Of a stretch of 64,000 nt of DNA, positions 60,501 through 64,000 are shown one piece after another (position 1 is the first letter of the stretch; every line of letters begins with the position of its first letter). Under the pieces are notes generated by a model that did not search any database, had not been told where the DNA came from, and saw only the letters and a list, made by a program, of their open reading frames with translations. A program made the position numbers and the translations under genes. Source of the DNA: Marsupella aquatica (Eukaryota; Plantae; Marchantiophyta); the NCBI GenBank assembly GCA_973895155.1, contig OZ316893.1, positions 186,001 through 250,000 of the forward strand. Direction: 5' to 3'.

Positions 60501-61603
60501 AACAATTGATAAGCTTCATGCCCACTTCTGTGTTGTGCAAGTCCACCGATCATTACATTCCATGTGACTACATCGCGTTTCTCCATTCTGTCAAAAACCA
60601 GTCGGGCGTCACCTATCCTGCCAGTCTCTGCATACATGTGAACCAGCGCAGAGCCCACACGCAAATCTGACTCCAGTCCCGCTTTCCTAGCGTGGCCATG
60701 AACGTCCTTCACCCATGCCAAACCCCCATCACATGCGGATGCATTCAGGATGCTCGTATAGGTGAATGCATTTGGTTCGAAGCCATCCCGTCTCATTTGG
60801 AGGAATAGTCGATATGCTTCCACACCATCACCACGTTCTGCACATGCTCCAATCATAACATTCCATGTAATGACATTTCGATTAGTCAACTTTTCAAAAA
60901 CTTTCCTTGCCTCGGTGATGCACCCACATTTAGCGTACATCAGTACGAGAGCAGACCCTACACGCACGTCCGATTCAAAGCCGGCATGTCGAATACCCTG
61001 ATGAATTTCTTTTCCCCAATTGAGAGCTAATGGGCTTGAACATGCATTCAGGATGCTCAGATACGTGATCTCATTCGGCTTCACACCTTCTTGGCGCATT
61101 AGATTGAAAATTTCGAGTGCAGATTCAGCATGATCACTCCTAGCGTATCCCGCAATCATGCTGGTCCAAGTAATAACACTCTTCTTCTGAATTTGATCAA
61201 AAACTCTACGTGCATCCGATAAACCTCCGCATTTGATATACACATTCAAAAGCGTGATTGCCACATATGGATTTTCGTGAATTCCACTTTCGATGATGCA
61301 ATCGTGAATTTGCTTGGCTCCTGAAAGGTCTTTCTGTTGCAAGCACATTTGCAGAACTTTAACATAAGTGTACGAGTCTATAGCAATGCCTCGCTGTAGA
61401 CGATCTTTCAACATAGCAATTGTTTGACCCGTGGTACCAGGATGCATATGCCTACTGCCAATCCCTTTTGCAGTGACTTGAGACCGATCTCTCGTGCAAT
61501 AACTAACATTAGATGGAAATCTGCAGTGAGTAACCAAATTCGCCCTTGCCTTAACCCACGCTGGGGTTGACCATCCATCCACCCAAAGTGCTAGTCTTGT
61601 CAA
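57527..61603 (-). CDS. PLS-class pentatricopeptide repeat protein with E1-E2-DYW deaminase domain (organellar C-to-U RNA editing factor)
   Basis: Uninterrupted 1358-codon ORF; P-L-S triplets; 'KEPGRSWIEV' PG box, 'HSEKLA', 'KNLRVCSDCH', terminal 'CSCGDYW*'. True start uncertain: first ATG at 61447, or an upstream exon. Confidence 0.97.
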   Translation of the reverse strand: MTRLALWVDGWSTPAWVKARANLVTHCRFPSNVSYCTRDRSQVTAKGIGSRHMHPGTTGQTIAMLKDRLQRGIAIDSYTYVKVLQMCLQQKDLSGAKQIHDCIIESGIHENPYVAITLLNVYIKCGGLSDARRVFDQIQKKSVITWTSMIAGYARSDHAESALEIFNLMRQEGVKPNEITYLSILNACSSPLALNWGKEIHQGIRHAGFESDVRVGSALVLMYAKCGCITEARKVFEKLTNRNVITWNVMIGACAERGDGVEAYRLFLQMRRDGFEPNAFTYTSILNASACDGGLAWVKDVHGHARKAGLESDLRVGSALVHMYAETGRIGDARLVFDRMEKRDVVTWNVMIGGLAQHRSGHEAYQLFLQMRREGFEPNAVTYVSILNASACAGSLEWVREVHGHASKVGLESDLRVGTALVHMYAKGGSIDDARLVFERMEKRDVVTWTVMIGGLAQHGSGHEAYRLFLQMRREGFEPNAVTYVSILNASASAGSLEWVKEVHGHASKAGLESDLRVGNALVHMYAESGSIADARLVFNRMEKRDVITWTVMIGGLAQHGSGHEAYRLFLQMRREGFEPDAFTYASILNASASAGALEWVKEVHGHASKAGLESDLRVGSALVHMYAESGSIAGARLVFNRMEKRDVITWNVMIGGLAQDGSGHEAYRLFLQMRREGFEPDAFTYASILNASASAGALEWVKEVHGHASKAGLESDLRVGSALVHMYAKIGSIDDARLVFDRMEKRDVITWTVMIGGLAQHGSGHEAYRLFLQMRREGFEPDAFTYASILNASASAGALEWVKEVHGHASKAGLESDLRVGSVLVHMYAESGSIADARLVFNRMEKRDVILWNVMIGGLAEHGSGHEAYRLFLQMRLEGFEPDAFTYASILNASASAGALEWVKEVHGHASKAGLESDLRVGSALVHMYAESGSIADARLVFNRMEKRNVIAWNVMIGGLAQHGSGHEAYRLFLQMRREGFEPDAVTYASILNASASAGALEWVKEVHGHASKAGLESDLRVGSALVHMYAESGSIADARLVFNRMEKRDVVTWNIMIGGLAQHGYGQEALELFRQMNADHVKPTETSFTAVLSACSHGGLVDDGRRIFSAMTQDYGIERTVFHYTVMVDILGRAGHVEEAKQLISEMPIEPDDVTWTALLGACRTYGNVELGELAANELFKLEPGKASTYVLLSNIYAAAGKWEKVSSVRTMMQERGVRKEPGRSWIEVHNKIHEFVAGDTSHPEAEAIYTELNKLSEKLKAEGYIPDTQLVLHDINEKDKELALCSHSEKLAIAYGLMHLPWGEPIRVSKNLRVCSDCHSATKYISKVTGREIIARDANRFHHFKDGMCSCGDYW
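58330..60760 (-). repeat. 303-bp tandem repeat (one PLS triplet), 8 near-identical copies
   Basis: GACTCCAGTCC recurs at 58548, 58851, 59154, 59457, 59760, 60063, 60366 and 60669. Confidence 0.95.
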
Positions 61604-64000
61604 CTTCTGATTGAACTCGGGTGCTCTGGGCTTCCTCTGTCAGCACCACAACCCACGATCAGATCTGCTACCAGGATAAAATCCAGGAGATTCCACGAGG
61701 TGCAATGAATTTGTAGTTATTTCTTGACGACTATATTTCCAGTGATCTTTCTACAATGAGTGTTCAGAAATGGATAGCAGACCGGTAAGCCTCTCGAGTT
61801 CTAGGGTGCATTCCTACCTCCGTCCAAAGATGTATTTTCTTGTCTCCCTTGCTCTGCTGTGATCTTTGGTACAGATAACTTGCAAAAGTTAAATGACTCC
61901 TTTCCAACTGAGAGTAACGGCTATCTGTCAAGAATGCAATGATCTTAGAATAGAATATTGAAATAACTGTGAAAGGCATATCCAGGTATCAACAAGCTCG
62001 TTCCTTCTCCCGTATTTCACTGTACCCACAGAAAGGACAGAGTCAAGAGCCTATCGAATTGGTACTAAAATACTTCAGCCAGAAGTCACATGTTATCCTT
62101 GGGTTGTGTACAGGACAGACTCTTAGGGCATCTTGACAGGCGTTCATTTGTAAGTTGCCTACACTGTCCTTTCTGCGCTATACACAAACCAGAATCTCAG
62201 GTTTCTGAAAAGAGACTACTTAGAAATAAAGCCTAGCCATCATCTGTAGAATCCATCGTGATTAGACACAGATGACATGAACGTGAAAGCGCTTCCCTCC
62301 CTCTCCTACAATTCAGAAATAAAGGCTATCCATCATTCTTGAACTTGGCTCTTATACAATCCGTGAAGAGACAAATACGACATGAATGTACGAGCCTCCC
62401 CTCCCTCCCCTCCCCCCCCCCCCGCCCCCCCACCCACCCTGTGCTTCTTAACACGAAAAAATAATCAAACTTGAAGTTCAACTCAGTCTTGATCACATAA
62501 GCCTCATAGCAGGAAATTCCCGCAACTATAAATGTCACACCGTGGTGCTGGAACAAGAGTTTCTGTTTAAAAGTAGGTACGCATAACGTTGAAATCGCTC
62601 TTCAGTCTCATTACCTGAAGGCCGTGTACAAGAACAATGGCGGATGCCAATACCAATCAAACCGGAAGATGAAGAATAAACTCTGCAAATCAAACGTCTT
62701 TGTTGAGAATGCATTCAAGGTCGTTTGGTCACATCAAATTCAACAAAATGACATGCATACAAAATTAATCATACCTGGCTGAGGACTGTTGCCTAAAGCG
62801 GTCCATATCCAAGAGTTCCATCGAGTCAGCTCCGTTCCCGTGCCGGGAATACGGAGCTCAATGGTACAGTTTGAGAAATACGATCTTATCTGTTTGACAA
62901 AGGTTCAAATCAGTCTAAGTAGTGCAATCTTGCAGAGCCGTCAAATTTCAAATCTCATCTTTCCTTCCCATGGACTAAGGAAAGAATATTCATTACGCGA
63001 AGGCTCTGTTGGGGAAACCTTGCCCGGGCAGAGGGATCTCAGCTCAGCGTAACAGTTGGAGGAAGCCCTAGAAGCATAGCAGTAGCGGTATCTTCTCCAG
63101 GATCAATTCCTCCTGCTGGACTCTTTTACGAATCATCCCAGCTTTGCCATCAAAACTTGAGAATCAAAACTACAAGTTTTGAGAAGAAAAAGCATGAGAA
63201 GATCTTCCATCCAAACCCCAAAGCAACCCACCGTCATACCTGCACATTGCCCTCTGAAAAACTATGGCGCGAGTGCTCTTGTTTATCGCCCACCAAGAAA
63301 GAACCCTTTCCAACTGACGTGTCCTGCATACCAAACGAAGAATTGACGACATTTCTTCAAAGAAGAACTTGTGAACAAGTGTTATGCAGACCGTGTAAAT
63401 AGCAAATTGGGCAGGCTCGACAATTCGTTCAGAACAACAAGTTGAAGCAAGTGGCAACAAAATTGATCTAGATTGTGACGGGAAATCAGGAGACGGGCAG
63501 CAGGAGACGTCATGCAAGAATTGAGCAGGACTTGAACCAGGATGGACAGTATCCCGGGCTGAGAAAGAGATTCTGTCCCGCTTCCTTGGGCGCTCAGAGG
63601 TGAGAAGTATAGTTGCCCAGGAATCTAAGGTCGAAACGCAGAAGAACATCCAGTATAGCTAGGGCCTTACTAGGAATTCTCTGCCCAAAGGACATGACGA
63701 GAGGCCGTGTAAATGTGGTAACGCGAACCTAACAGGGATCACTGGATTCGTCAGCATGTAGCTACTACGCACAGCTCGATACCAACTCCCCGAGAAGTCA
63801 CGACAAGTAATTCTTAGCAGATTGTGAATTCTACAAGGATTGTTAGCTCATTAAATTAATTGCTGAACCACCATCCAATAATACATTCTTAATCTTGGTT
63901 CCTTTTATATTTAAACCATTGCTCCCTTATCACTTAATATTGTCTTTTCCAACTTATAACTTGGTGTTAGTGGTAATTTGTACCATTGCTCCCTTATCAG

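Noticed and set aside
58332-61001. Repeated plus-strand ORFs opposite the PPR gene
   Set aside because: Antisense shadows of the 303-bp coding repeat.
61700-64000. Possible upstream exons of the PPR gene or a neighbouring gene
   Set aside because: Splice-like sites exist, but no consistent reading frame or recognisable domain was found.

Overview
A plant nuclear window, most likely a bryophyte (moss-type DYW-PPR gene), made mostly of nested mobile DNA. The centrepiece is a complete 14.2-kb non-chromovirus Ty3/gypsy element (29300..43471, minus strand, TSD GAGTT). Its two ~4-kb LTRs each carry an 882-codon ORF just behind the LTR TATA box. That ORF contains a ~170-aa 'plant mobile domain/Transposase_32-like' module (EFV..xD...RGR.x.xT...L...F.LP.G ... 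W...F..E ... AY....I..LL). By eye the same module occurs in two, probably three, degenerate genes elsewhere in the window. One is fused to a RAD5/RAD16-type SNF2 helicase C-terminal half (12.6-13.9 kb). One is fused to 63-aa coiled-coil repeats plus the start of the SNF2 N-terminal ATPase half; this is the gene the retrotransposon and a solo LTR inserted into (24.7-43.6 kb). One is more divergent (1.7-3.5 kb). Between them lies a gene for a ParB/DGQH-like domain, a beta-class DNA amino-methyltransferase-like domain and a Ulp1 SUMO protease. Together they look like a chromatin/anti-silencing cargo cassette of mobile origin, now decaying by C-to-T nonsense mutations. Also present: a pogo-like TIR element, Copia remnants (one with an antisense Cauli_VI/HBD ORF, one Bianca-type), two ~115-bp satellite families, and an intact PLS-DYW RNA-editing factor with a recent 303-bp repeat expansion. 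All domain calls are by-eye motif recognition, not database searches.
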